NCBI RefSeq assembly: GCF_963921235.1
Contig: NC_086108.1
Span: 96,722,001 to 96,786,000, forward strand
Source: Mobula hypostoma
Taxonomy: Eukaryota
Reading direction: 5' to 3'
DNA: 64,000 nt
Position numbers and translations under genes: made by a program. Shown here in pieces: positions 1 to 12,427 of the stretch (position 1 is its first letter; each line of letters opens with the position of its first letter). Below the pieces are notes generated by a model. It worked only from the letters and a program-made list of their open reading frames with translations. It ran no database searches and was not told the origin of the DNA.

Positions 1-149
1 TTATTAGGCATTGTGTCTTTCCCAAAAGTCAGCTGAAAAACATTATTTATTTTTATTTTGAGATACAGTGCAACAACAGGCCCTTCCAGCCTAATGAGCT
101 TGCACTGCCCAATTACATCCAATAGACAAATTGACATACTAACCTATCT

Positions 150-610
150 TCCCCAGGGTTTGTCACATTGTTGCGGTGGAGAGGCTTGTGAGTTCTTGAC
201 AGCAATGTGCCCGAGGCTTAGCTCCTGCTAGAGTCACCCATGGCATTAAGGTCAAGTAGGAGATTCCAGACAAAGAGCAGTCCAACCAAGACCTCAACAA
301 TGGGGTTGGCAGAAGATGATGACACACCACAACGGCAAAGAAGTCTGAGGAAGGATGCAGCAATGAAGGGTCCCCAGTTGTCCCGCACTCCATCCCACTG
401 GACCATGACCCCGATCTGTCAAGGACTGTGTGGTGGCTGCCCATGCATCATCCTCCCCACATTAAACAAAGTCACGCACAGGCATTCTCTGTTTAGATAA
501 CCCATTCTAACATCTCAGTTATGCGGATCCTGGATCGGCCACTAAGCCACCTGAGGACCCACAAAAAGACAACCCCTTTGGAGAATATCGACCCAAGTGA
601 TTGCAATACT
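150..610 (+). mobile_element. RTE-related non-coding retroposon fragment inserted in a V-SINE/HE1-like remnant (about 55-145 and 615-650, minus)
   Basis: Motifs resembling RTE/Expander 5' UTRs (gtcacccatggc...gattccagacaaagagc); shares ctccccacattaaacaaagtcacgc-like motif with 14886-15453; SINE-like sequence on both flanks. Confidence 0.45.
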
Positions 611-1129
611 ACTATTAACCGTGTGTCTTTGGCGTGTAGAAGAAACCAGAGTAATTTTTTTTTTACTTATGGAATCTTTTAGTGAATTTCTCCATTGCTT
701 AGTTGCTGCTTGGTTCTGATCTTATTCATCAGATTGTTATTGCAAAATAACAATTCCTCCTTCCACCAGATTAATTGTGGAGCTACTTATGAATTGAGTT
801 TTGGTCACCATCTGTGTCCCAATACTTGGTACCAAAACTTGAAGACATCAAGATATATATTTACTCTGATGTCACTTTACTTTTTCCCTCAAACACCACT
901 CCAGATTTCTAATGATTATCTGATGTCCAACATTGAATGAGATGAATTGTTGAAACCCTCAACCAGTCCCTGGTTATATTTGTAGTTGTACAATGCTTTT
1001 CTGAATACCCTTCAACTTCCGTCCAACATAGAACTGTATACATCTGCTGATAGTTTCTTAACTCAGTTCAGTTTCATCCACCCATTATAACTGTTTTTGT
1101 CTTTACCAGCTTGCAGATTCCTTAAGGTT

Positions 1130-1660
1130 GTCATAGCCAGGGGGCAGCAGAGGTGGGTAGTGGGGATAAATTCCCGCTACCTATTAAGTGCTCCCAATGG
1201 TGTGTGTCTCAAATAGCCTCTGACAATCAAATCCAGCTCTTGGCCTTCCCGTATGGCTCCTGGCCTTAGCTACTAAACCTGGCAGAACTGTTTCTACTGA
1301 CAGGAAGAGGCAAAGGCAGGTTACTGGCACCTTAAAACCAGTCACTTCGGGCAGACGGGGCTTATCAGCCATGGCTGGCAGCACATCTAGGAGAAAGAAA
1401 ACTCTGAACTCAAGCCTCTGCCACCTTGCATCTATACCCACTCATGGAGAAGGCTTCAGGAGCAAACCCCAAGGAGAAATACAGAGCTGGAGTCCCTAAG
1501 GCAGCCCTGCGCTGAGTTCAATGCTGACTGACAACTCCTGTGATGCCGCTGGTGAGAAGTTGTATCAGTCTTTGCCATTCCTTTGGATTTATCAGCTGCG
1601 TGGACAGGGGGAGTCTGATGAACGGGCAACAACTTGCTCTCCGTACTATACTTACTGGAT
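1130..1660 (+). repeat. Interspersed repeat, probably RTE/RTEX 5' region; second copy at about 28920-29190 (minus)
   Basis: Similar spurious translations MPLVRSCISLCHSFGFISC (1540 +) and MPLVPNCISFCRSFGFISC (28832 -) show two homologous copies. Confidence 0.55.
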
Positions 1661-1779
1661 TGCTAACTTGCAGTGATGTCCAGATCAACCATGCCTCAAT
1701 TTTAAAAACTCATCCTTGCCTCACTGTGTCATTGAAATTAAGCAGCTTCTGCCAACTAGTTTTTGTTTAGAACACAGAA

Positions 1780-2400
1780 TGTTACGCCACAGTGCTGATC
1801 CTTTGGCTGACCATAAGATCAATCTAATCTTTCCCATGTACAGAGCCCTCTGTTTTTCTATCATCATGTGCCTATCAATAGTGTTTCTTAAAGGCCCCTA
1901 ATCTATCTGCCTCTACTACCACCCCTGGCAGAGCATTACAGGCACTCTCCACTCTCTATGATTAAAAAAAACTTGTGTCTGACTCCAACCCCCCAATACT
2001 TTTCTCCAATCACTTTAAAATTATGCCCCCATGTATTAGCCATCTCCACATTGGGGAAAAAAGTCTGGCTGTGCACTCAATCTATGCCTCTTATCATCTT
2101 GTACACCTCTATCAAGTGATCTCTCATCCTCTTTCACTCCAGAGAGAAAATCCTAGCTTCCTCAACCTATCTTCAAAAGACATGCTCTCTAATCCAGGCA
2201 GCATCCTGGTAGATCTCCTCTACACCCTTTCTAAAGCTTTCAAACCCTTTCTGTAAATGAGGCAACTGGAACTGAAAACAATATTTTAAGTGTGATCTAA
2301 CCAAGGTTTTATAGAGCTGCAACATTATCTCACGGCTCTTGAACTCATTTGCCTGAGCAATGAAGCCCAACGTACACCTTCTAACCACTTAATCAACCTG
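1780..2400 (-). mobile_element. CR1 LINE 3' fragment (degenerate ORF2 C-terminus)
   Basis: ORF 2173..2388 LGFIAQANEFKSREIMLQLYKTLVRSHLKYCFQF matches the CR1 LYKTLVRPHLEYCVQFW region. Confidence 0.85.
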
Positions 2401-2529
2401 CATACAATTTTAGATGTCTCTTCCCTTTGCTGTACTGAATTATCTGATTTGAACCAAGAAGATGGAAGAGAAAATAATCACTTAGCTTTTCATCAGTGCC
2501 GATGAAGGCCTGAAACATTGACTGCTTTT

Positions 2530-3905
2530 TCTTCTCCAAAGATGCCGCATACAGGAGGGAGACTGAAAAGTTGACTGAGCAGTGTCATAACAACAACCTC
2601 TCACTGGACGTCAGCAAGACCAAGGAACTGATTATAGACTTCGGGAAAGGGAAACCAGAGGTCCATGAGACAGTCCTTATCAGAGGATCAGAGGTGGAGA
2701 GGGTCAGCAGCTTTCAATTCCTGGGTGTTACTATTTTAGAGGACCTAATCTGGACCCAGCATGTAAGTGCAACTGCGAAGAAAGCATGGCAGTGCCTCTA
2801 CTTCCTTTGGAGTCTGTGGAGATTCAGCATGACATCTAAAACTTCTGACAAATTTCTATAGATACGTAGTGGAGTTGTGTATTGACTGGCTGCATCATGG
2901 CCTGGTATTGAAACACCAATGCCTTTGAACGGAAAATCCTATAAAAGCCATTGAATTCAGCACAGTACAACATGGGTAAAGCCCACCCAACCATTAAGCA
3001 CATCGACATGAAACGCAGTTACAGGAAAGCAGCATCCATCACCACACAGGTCATATTCTCTTCTTGCTGCTGCCATCAGGTAGAGTCCTCAGGACTCAAA
3101 CCATCAAGGTTCAAGGACACTTTACTATCCCTGCACCATCTAGCTCTCGAATAAACTTGCCTCATCATTGAAATGCGCCTACAATCAATGATCTCACTTT
3201 AAGGACTCTTTATCTTATTATCTCATGTTCTCATTATTTATTTCTACTTGCATTCACACAGTTTGTTGTCTTTTGCAGTCTGGTTGATCTTTCATTGATT
3301 CTGTTGCAGTTACTATTCTATATGAGGGGTGATTGATAAGTTCGTGGCCTAAGGTGGAACGAGTCAATTTTAGGAAACCGAGCACATTTATTTTTCCTAC
3401 ATTTACATACTTAGTCCAGCGGTTGTGGAGCATATGGATCCCTTCTTTGTAGAAGTCGGTGTCTTGGACCTCCAGAAAGTGGTCCACAGCAGGGGTGATT
3501 GATAAGTTCATGGCCTAAGGTAGAAGGAGATGAGGAGAAACTTCAAACTTTCTGCATAATCACTCAAAGAGTTGAACTGCACGTGCATGTAACGAGAGCT
3601 GTATAACTCATCTTCTTCTACCTTAGGTCACGAACTTAACAATTACCCCTGCTGTGGACACTTTCTGGAGGTCCAAGATCCGTATGCTCCATGACTGCTG
3701 GACCAAGTGTGCAAATATAGGAGGGGACTATGTTGAAAAATAAATGAGCTAGGTTTTCTAAAATTGACTCCTTCTACCTTAGGCCACGAACTTATCAATC
3801 ACCCCTTGTAGATTTGGTGAGTATGCACACAGGAAAATGAATCTCAGGGTTGTTTATGGTGACATATATGTACTTTGGTAATAAAATTTATTTTGAACTT
3901 TTTGA
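2530..3905 (+). mobile_element. Rex1/Babar-like LINE 3' fragment, interrupted by a mariner MITE
   Basis: ORF 2571..2861 NNLSLDVSKTKELIIDF...VERVSSFQFLGVTI; 3' tail aataaaatttattttgaactttttgaa at about 3880-3905. Confidence 0.8.
3323..3808. mobile_element. Mariner-derived non-autonomous element (MITE-like)
   Basis: TIR gaggggtgattgataagttcgtggcctaagg / ccttaggccacgaacttatcaatcacccct; TA at 3321-22 and 3809-10; remnant FYKEGIHMLHNRWTKYV of mariner transposase C-terminus. Confidence 0.85.
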
Positions 3906-4004
3906 ATTCTGCCTGACATGCTGATTTCCATCAGCATTTTGTGTGTGTGTGTTACCTAGCTTTCGTGCTGCTGTATCGCCTCTAGGAAATGTTATAGATG
4001 AGGG

Positions 4005-4240
4005 TGGTATATCTATGGAACTCATTGCCACAGATGGCTGTGGAGGCCAAGTCATTGGGTATATTTAAAGCAGAGGTTGATAGGTTCTTGATTTGTAAGG
4101 GTGGCAAAAGATAAGGGGAGAAAGCTGGAGAATGGTGTTTAGAGGGATAATAAATCAGCCATGATAGAATAGCAGAGATAGACTCAACAGGCCAAATGGC
4201 TTAATACTGCTCTTTTGTCTTATAGTTTTATGGTCTTATA
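4005..4240 (+). mobile_element. CR1 LINE 3' end
   Basis: tggaactcattgccacag...gcagaggttgataggttcttg and tail tcttatagttttatggtcttat, repeated many times in the window. Confidence 0.8.
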
Positions 4241-4319
4241 GGTTTTGATGCTTTGCTTCTCAGAAGTAAAAAGCTTGCTTGTGCTCTACTCGGCATGAGA
4301 CAAATCGTAGTTCAAACGA

Positions 4320-4700
4320 AATTGGTAAATTGGTTTATTATTGTCACGTGTATTGAGGTACAGTGAAAACTTTGCATGTCATCTATAGAGGTCAGTTCAT
4401 CATAGCAGTTTATAAAGACAGCACAAAAGAAAAGCAAAACTGTTACAATTACAGAGAAAGTGTAGTGCAGGCAGACAATAGGCCGCAAGGCCATGATAAG
4501 TTAGACTGTAAGGTTAAGTCCATTTAATCATACAATTGGTCTGTTGAATAGTCAAAAAACTGTGATGGAAGCTGTCCTTGAGCCTGATGACACGTGCTGT
4601 CAGGCTTTTGTATCTTATGCATAACTGGGGCCGGGGGTGGGGGGAGTGTGAAGAGGGAAAGTTCAGGGTGGGAGGGGTTATACTTTGCTGAGACAGCAAG
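4320..4700 (-). mobile_element. Rex1-like LINE 3' fragment
   Basis: ggtttattattgtcac tail on plus; ORF-end VIRLKDSFHH on minus. Confidence 0.6.
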
Positions 4701-4857
4701 AAGTGCAAACTGAATTTAAGCTTAAAGACAGATATAATCCCTGCATGGCCAAGGGAATCAATGTCTTTGTGACTGTGAATTATTGTCTGAGGAATGAAAA
4801 AACATGCAAATGAGAACAAAAGAGTAACATAGATTTAATCTCTGAACTTTACAAAAA

Positions 4858-5023
4858 TGCAAGTTAAGAGTTCAGAAGTTCAAAGGAAATTTATTATCAA
4901 AGTATAAATTTCCTTTGAACTTCTGAACTCTTAACTTGCAATTTAATTAGATATCTAATAAAGTGGCCACTGGGTGTATATCAAAGTATGTATACACCCA
5001 GTGGCCACTTTATTAGATATCTA
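4858..5023. repeat. Two adjacent perfect inverted repeats (37-bp arms with 9-nt loop; 33-bp arms with 10-nt loop)
   Basis: 4858-4894 is the reverse complement of 4904-4940; 4948-4980 is the reverse complement of 4991-5023; tatcaaagtat is duplicated at 4895-4905 and 4979-4989. Confidence 0.95.
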
Positions 5024-5519
5024 GTAAATGAGGCCACTGAGTGTATGTTCATGGTCTTCTGCTGTTGTAGTCCATCAGCTTCAAGGTTCGACGTGTTGTG
5101 TGTTCAGAAAGGTCTTTTGCACACCACTGTTGTAACGTGGGGTTGTCTGAGTTACTGTCACCTTGAAACAGTCTGGCTCCTCTAACCTCTCTCATTAACA
5201 CGGTGTTTTCGCCCACTGAGGTGCTGCTTTTTTGCTCTTTTCTTTGTAAACTAGAGACTGTTGTACATGAGAATCCCAAGAGACCAGCAGTTTCTGAGGC
5301 ACTCAAACCACCCTGTCTGGCACTAAAAATCATTCCACAACTAATAACACTTAGATCACATTTCTTCCCCATTCTGATGTTTGGTCTGAACAAATACTGA
5401 ACCTTTTGACATTGTCAGTACGGTTTAATGAATTGAGTTGCTGCCACAGGATAGGGTGATTAGATATTTGCATTAATGAGCAGGTGTAAAGGTGTATCTA
5501 ATAAAGTGATTGCTGAGTG
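4995..5519 (-). mobile_element. Tc1-like non-autonomous DNA transposon
   Basis: TIR cacccagtggccactttattag / ctaataaagtgattgctgagtg; MGKKCDLS...GMIFSARQGGLSASETAGLLGFSCTTVS is a Tc1 N-terminal HTH remnant. Confidence 0.85.
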
Positions 5520-5533
5520 GATGTTACCATATA

Positions 5534-6338
5534 CAGTGGATTCTGGTTAATTGGGATACAATGGGGCCAGGACATTTTGGTCCAGTTATGCAGCTGCCAC
5601 AAATACCCGAAGTTTCATGGAAATAGTTAAAAAGGTATAATAAAATCAAACTGAGTAACAAATTGTGTATTTAAATAAAACTACAGGACAAATTAGAACA
5701 CTACCAATAGTGCTACAGTACTGTAAAACTGCGTATTAGCTCCTAATAGTTATTGATGGAGGAATGCATCCAGTGTACACAATGAACAAAATCAACACAG
5801 ACACCTAATGCAGATAATGGATTGCCTTCATACCATGCTTTTGATTGCATCCTCCAAATCTTCATTTTCATTGTAACATTCAAGATGATTGTCTATTGAT
5901 ACCTTTAAATTCTTCATAATTCCTAACTTATTGAAGTAGTGAAATCATTTCTTTTTCACTCCCGCTTGTTTCTGGCATCTCCAAGCCTGAATGTTTGAAA
6001 CAACACTGAGCAAAATTGTTCAGAGTTATCTTACTGCTTATTTCTCACCAACTATCAGTGACAAAATCACTGTTTATTGAACACAAGCACATGCAATTGA
6101 TGCTTCTTAATAACATTGCTCTAAGCACAGTATAGCGACTCACAGCCTCACAAGTGCGTGTGACTGATGGCAGTTAGAACCTATTCGTCAAGACACCTTC
6201 CCCAATTAAGCAGCATAATGCCCCAAATAAATGAAGGGAATCCCGGCATTTGTCTCAATTTGTTTTTTGTTCCTTAAGAGTTGTCCCAGATAAGTGTTGC
6301 CCCGATTAGCTGATGGCCCAATTAAGAGGAATCCACTG
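5534..6338. mobile_element. Tigger/pogo-like non-autonomous DNA transposon (copy 1)
   Basis: TA-flanked TIRs cagtggattctggttaattggg / cccaattaagaggaatccactg; homologous to 53804-54774. Confidence 0.8.
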
Positions 6339-7484
6339 TACTACCTTGGGAATTATTTTCTTGCAGGCATTCACAGTAGAACAAGGAAATATGATATAAT
6401 CAATGAAAAATTACACACAGACTATTGACTGATAAACAACCAATGTGCAAAAGACGACAAGCTGTGCAAATAATAATTTAATAGTAATGGAGAATTAAGA
6501 GGAAATCTATAATCTAATGTGATGGAGTATATGAACAGTGTTTGAGTTAATATAATAATTTGTGATAAAGAGAGAAGTCCACTTGTATCCAAGTTACAGA
6601 TATTTGTTCAATCAGCATTTTGTATGTATGTATAGGTTGCAGATGAGTGGGAATTATCTTCAAATTACTTTTGCCAAAACGTCCTCTTAATTCTGAACAA
6701 CTGACATTAACTGGCAATTTCTTTCATGTTCATAGAGCCTATTTTTGTTATTACCACCACTGGATGGAGAACTACATTATAATAAAAATTAGAGAACACT
6801 CAACAGTAAAGAATTAAATATTCCCCACATCATAACACTGATTACATTTTGAACGGCTGGAAAGCACTTCAATATATCCCATGGTTATGAAAAGATCCAT
6901 TGATGTATGGGTTGTTATTTCTTTTATTTACTGCATACATCTCTTAAAACTCTTCCTGTCAGGTCAACGTTTGATGTTTTTTACCATTCTTCTGCAGATG
7001 TAGCACTTTTCAAAACATTCTGTGCAATCAAACTGATATTACATTGCTTCCATCTCTGCAGATATTCATGTAATTTATCCGGACTCAAAAATGAAAGTAA
7101 CATGAACATTGAATCAACTGAATGTTGGGAATCCTGTCATTTTCGGCCCGAGCTTATAATGGCAGCCACGTTTCCAGGACTGCAAATGCAGCAAGCAGCA
7201 TGTTCAATGAAAGATCAACGGCAGCAAATATAAAAGGTACTTCTGGAATTCCATCAACAAATTCAGTTACATTGTCATACTTTCACTTTACGTTTACACT
7301 CCACACTTCATACCTACACAGTTACTGTCCTACTGTGTTTTCATCTGCCCTGTTGCCACCTGGAAGAGTTCCTCTTGCCATGAGTCACTTTGTCACTTCA
7401 TCATTTCCTATCAGAGTCACCTTATGTATGGATACTCCTGCCCCTAGTGTTCCTCCATATACATACAATCAGTTTATGTAGACC

Positions 7485-7820
7485 GTCAGTGGCCACTTTA
7501 ATAGGTACTCCTGGACCTAATGAAGTGGTCACTGAGTGTTTGTTTGTGGTCTTCTGCTGCTGTAGCCATTCACTTCAAGGTACAATGTTTTGTACATTCA
7601 GAGATGCTCTTCTGCCCACCACTGTTGTAATGCAGGGTTATTTGAGTTACTGTTGCCTTTCTGTCAGCTTGAACCAGTGTGACCATCCTAATTTGACCAT
7701 CTCTCATTAACAAGGTGACTTTGCCCACAGAACTGCCACATACTGTTTTTGTTTTTAGCACCATTTGCACTAACAAGTAGGTGTACTGGTGCACCTAATG
7801 ATGTGGCCACTAAGTGTATA
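7485..7820 (-). mobile_element. Tc1-like element, second internally deleted copy
   Basis: cagtggccactttaatagg...cctaatgatgtggccactaagtgta; QADRKATVTQITLHYNSGGQKSISECT. Confidence 0.8.
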
Positions 7821-7899
7821 TGAAGACCATAGATTAGAGGAATAGCAGTGAGCCATTCAACCCCTTAATCTCACTGTGCCTTTCAATTGGACTGTGGCT

Positions 7900-8135
7900 T
7901 GTTATGTTTTGTAACTTAAAAAACTAATGGAAAGAAAAAACATGGAAGCCAGGAGATGTGTGTCTACTTTGTTTTACTTTAGTGAGGCACTAACTTATGA
8001 CGTGGTGATGTAATGACATATGCCATTCATGTATACTTCTTACATATAACCCGTGATCAATTATTTCAAATAAAACAAAGAATGCTTGATCAAACAATAT
8101 ATTTACAATATTACTCAAATATTAAATATGCAACA
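7900..8135 (-). repeat. 3' LTR of the Gypsy element
   Basis: Homologous to 14741-14885 plus 15454-15554; degraded purine tract adjacent on minus. Confidence 0.85.
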
Positions 8136-9171
8136 CTGCTCCCTGGTTAGACTTCCACAGCACAGTAAATTTTAAATTGTCCCATTCAGACCTAAAGATT
8201 TAATTGTTGTGGAGGATTTATCTTTCCTGACAAGTGCTGGTGGGGCGGGGTCACTGCTTGGCAGGAGGTACTTGTGGTTGTGAAACAATCTCAGGTTCTG
8301 GGGCCTCTTCCGTGGTGGTTTTAGGAGCTGACTCTGGGACTGCAGGAAGTGGTTCTGACAGCTCTGGACACCTTTCTTCTCAAACAGTTGACTTTGATCT
8401 CCTGAGATGATCAATGTATCGTCACCAGACGATATCAGACGCAATCTCCACTGTGTAGGAGAGCAGTCCAGTTCTGTCTTTAATCTTTCCAAGTACTCAT
8501 CTTTGATCACCTTTGTAGTTCCCTCACCAGGACTACTTGTCCAGGAGGGTAACATCGAACCTCTCTGCTTGAGTAGCCCTTCATTTGTCACAGCTGTTTG
8601 TCTTGCATACTCCTTCTGAGACTGGGTTTGAGGAGATCCCAGAGTGAACACAAGAAATGACCCAGGAACAGGATAACTGGTGAGTTGTTGGTTGTGGAGT
8701 GTGCTGCATTGCGATATATAAGAAGGAAATTGGAAAGCTTCTAATTCAGTATCAGTGTAGTGTGTTCTAATAACATTGCGGAGCTTTCTTTAGGACCTGG
8801 ACAAACCTTACTGCTAAGCCATTTGTAGTCTTATTAACATGTCTTATTCCATTCATATTCAGAATCAGGTTTATTGTCACCGGCGTGCGACATGAAATTT
8901 GTTAACTTAGCAGTAGCAGTTTAATACAATGCATAATCTAGAAGAGAAAAATAAATAAATAAAATAATAATAAATAAACACATAAATCAATTACAGTATA
9001 CATATATTGAATAGATTTTTAAAATGTGCAAAGAACAGAAATACTGTATATTAAAAAAAGTGAGGTGGTGTCCAAGGATTCAATGTCCATTTAGGAATCG
9101 AATGGCAGAGGGGAAGAAGCTGTTCCTGAATCACTGAGTGTGTGCTTTCAGGCTTCTGTACCTCCTTCCTG

Positions 9172-11352
9172 ATGATGGTAGTAGTCCTTCGGATTGGAAG
9201 AAGACACGCTGTTGTGCAGTTCATCTGTGGACACGGAGGTGGCTCTGCAGTCCCAGTCTGGAAGTTCAGAGTCCAGCACGATGGGGGCACTGGGAGTCCA
9301 TTGTTGTAATAACTGTGGCTGCTGTTCTGTGACGCTGCTCACGGTTTTCCATCAGTTTTTGGCAGAGCCTGTCTTCAAAACTGGTGTAGGCTTCATAGCA
9401 CAGGGCTCGCCAGCGGATTCTGTAAGCAGCCAAGCGTCTAGTTCCTGTGGCTGGATGTCACAGTAGCGTAGGGTTTCCTTCACAGCATTTTTGTAGCGCT
9501 TGCGTGGTTGACGTTGAGGTCTCTTTTCGGTCTCCAGTTCACCATAGAGCAGCTGGCGAGGCATACGGTGGTCGTCCATTCTGATGACGTGTCTCACCCA
9601 CTGCTCTGATGACCAGGAGCTCAATGCTGGTGGAGTCTGCACGATCCAAGACCTCCAGGGTGGGGACATGGTCTTGCCAACGAATGCCAAGGATGGAGCG
9701 GAGGGCGCGCATGTGAAATTTCTCCAGTTGTTTGATGTGTCATCAGTACAGAGTCCAGGTCTCAATCCATATAGGAGAGAAGGAATGACCATAGCTCTGT
9801 AGACTTTCAGCTTGGGTGAGAGAGCACAGGTCAGGGTATTTTTAGCTTTCTTAAGGGGTACAGGATTTTTTTTAATAGGATATGATGGATAAGCAGGAAT
9901 AGGGTACTAGGATGGCCAAAGATGGGAGGATAAGGTGTAGGTTAGGGTATATGTGTGTGTGTGATTGGGTGAAGGGATTTAGAATGTAAGTCTACAGCAC
10001 ACTCCGGAGCAGAAGGTGGCGGTAATGCACCACTAAGCTGGGTGTCAACCACCGTAAAACAAGACGGAGAAGAAGTTGAAGACTTTCAGCTTTGTGGAGA
10101 TGCAGACGCTGTGTTGATTGAGCAGTCTGGTACGCAGCCTGCCCACAGCCTGGCTGGCCTTGCTGATCCTGGAGTCAATTTCTTCGTCCAAAGACCCATC
10201 ACTGGAGATAATGCTTCCCAAGTATTTGAAGCTGTTTACATTTGTCAGCTGGGTGTCACCAACAGTGATTTTTGGTTCTATGGGGTTGGTGTTTGGCACA
10301 GGCTGGTGAAGTACTTCAGTCTTGTTCAGGCTGATAGTCAGGCTAAACAGCATAGCAGCATCTGAGAATTTGTTCAGCATCAACTGTAGATCACTGTCTT
10401 TGTGCGCCAGGAGCGCACAGTCATCAGCAAAGAGGATCTCTTGAATGACTGTATGGAGGCACTTTGCCCGTGCGTTCAAGCGGCGAAGGTCAAAGAGAGA
10501 GCCGTCCAATCAGTACCTGATGTACACTCCCTCCTTCAGACCTTAGACAGCACGTGACAACATGCAAGTGAAGAACAGATTGAACAGGACTGGGGCTAGT
10601 ACACAGCCCTGCTTCACCCCATTGGAAATGGCAAATGCAGCTGACGTATCACCACTGCAAAGGACCTGTCCCGTCATTCCATCGTGGAGCAGCTGAATCA
10701 TCTTCATGAATTTCCTCGGACATCCGTAATGTCTCAGGGTGATCCAGAGAGCCTCTATTTACAGCCTTTGTCAGGTCAATGAAGACAGAGCAGCTTGTTC
10801 TGCTTGATGCAATTCTCCTGGACTTGCCTCACGACAAATATCAGGTCTGCTGTACTCCATTCTGGCTGAAAGCCACACTGCGCCTCCAGGAGGTTCCTTT
10901 CCGAGACACTGACAAGTCTGTTCAGGAGAATGCGGGCAAAAATCTTGCCTGCGATGGACAGCAGTGAGATACCACTTTAGTTTACGCAGTCTGATTTGCT
11001 TCCCTTGTTTTTGTAGACAACCACGATGAGGGCATTGCAGAAGTCATCAGGCATCTCCTCTGTGATCCAGATGTCTTCCAGGATGTCTTGGAACGTCTGT
11101 AAGGCGTTTGGGCCTAATGTTTTTTAGATCTCGGCAGGAATGCCATCCTGCCCTGTTGCTTTATTAGAGTTCATCTGCCAGATTGCTTTCTTGATCTCAT
11201 CAGTAGAGGGCGGCAGGACTGGCTGCTGAGGGATCAACTGTGGACGGCCTATTGAGTAGGTCGGAAAAATGTTCAGCCCAGCGGTTTTTCAGTCCTTCCT
11301 GGTCTTTGATCAGGCTCAACCCATCGGATGACAGTAAGGGGGAAGCATCCTG
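9172..11352 (-). mobile_element. RTE (BovB-like) LINE, 5'-truncated, RT domain
   Basis: DGSLFDLRRL...ILFADDCALLAH...FKYLGSIISSDGSLDEEIDSRISKAS; HVIRMDDHRMPRQLLYGEL; short cat/tac-repeat tail. Confidence 0.9.
9814..10079 (+). mobile_element. I/Nimb-like LINE 3' end, nested in the RTE
   Basis: 13-bp TSD agactttcagctt (9801-9813, 10080-10092); ORF end FLRGTGFF-NRI*; ggtggcggtaatgcacc...caaccaccgtaaaac and gaagaag tail typical of fish Nimb elements. Confidence 0.7.
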
Positions 11353-12427
11353 ATTTAGAAGGATAACAGTGAGAGAAGGGCATGCCCTGGGCGCTGAAGG
11401 TCCTTAACAATAGACGCTGCCTTTCTGAGACACCGATCCCTGAAGATGTCCTGGGTACTTTGAAAGCTAGTACCGAAGATGGAGCTGACTAGATTTACAA
11501 CCCTCTGCAGCTTCTTTCGGTCCTGTGCAATAGCCCCACCATACCAGACAGTGATGCAGCCTGTCAGCATGCTCTCCACGGTATAGCTATAGAAGTTTTT
11601 GATTGTAGTTGTTGACATGCCAAATTTCTTCAAACTCCTAATAAAGTATAGCCACTGTCTTGCCTTCTTTATAACTACATCAATATGTTGGGACCAGGTT
11701 AGATCCTCAGAGATCTTGACACCCAGGAACTTGAAATTGCTCACTCTCTCCACTTCTGATCCCTCTATGAGGATTGGTATGTGTTCCTTTGTCTTACCTT
11801 TCCTGAAGTCCACAATCAGCTCTTTCATCTTACAGACATTGAGTGCCAGGTTGTTGCTGTGGCACCACTCCACTAGTTGGCATAGCTCACTCCTGTACGC
11901 CCTCTCGTCACCACCTGAGATTCTACCAACAATGGTTGTATCGTCAGCAAATTTATAGATGGTATTTAAGCTATACCTAGTCACACAGTCATGTAGAGAG
12001 TAGAGCAATGGGCTAAGCACACACCCCTGAGTGCGCCAGTGTTGATTGTCAGTGAGGAGGATATGTTATCATCAACCCTCACACACTATGGTCTTCCGGT
12101 TAGGAAGTCGAGGATCGAATTGCAGAGAGAGGTACAGAGGCCCAGGTTCTTCAACATCTCAATCAGGATTGTGGGAATGATGGTATTAAATGCTGAGCGA
12201 TAGTCGATGAACAGCATCCTGACGTAGGTGACATTCAGGAACGACTGAAACTGTTCTGCAACAAATTGTGGTCCATGTCACTGGTTAAGTGTTCTGGATC
12301 ACCAGACCTTGAGAAGACGTTTCTCAACTCATTGATAGTGTGCGAGGCTGTAGCGGAGGCTATTGAGAACGCTTCTGGCCACTTTGTAGCTGCATCCACT
12401 ACTACCAAGAAATTTGTACCCATAAAT

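Larger units (their letters stand above)
8858..12232 (-). mobile_element. Rex1/Babar-like LINE (5'-truncated) inserted in the Gypsy integrase; split by an RTE
   Basis: ORF 11355..12020 LSPLLYSL...YKFADDTTIVG...NNLALNV (RT); 3' tail at 8858-9180; attcag at both junctions. Confidence 0.85.
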
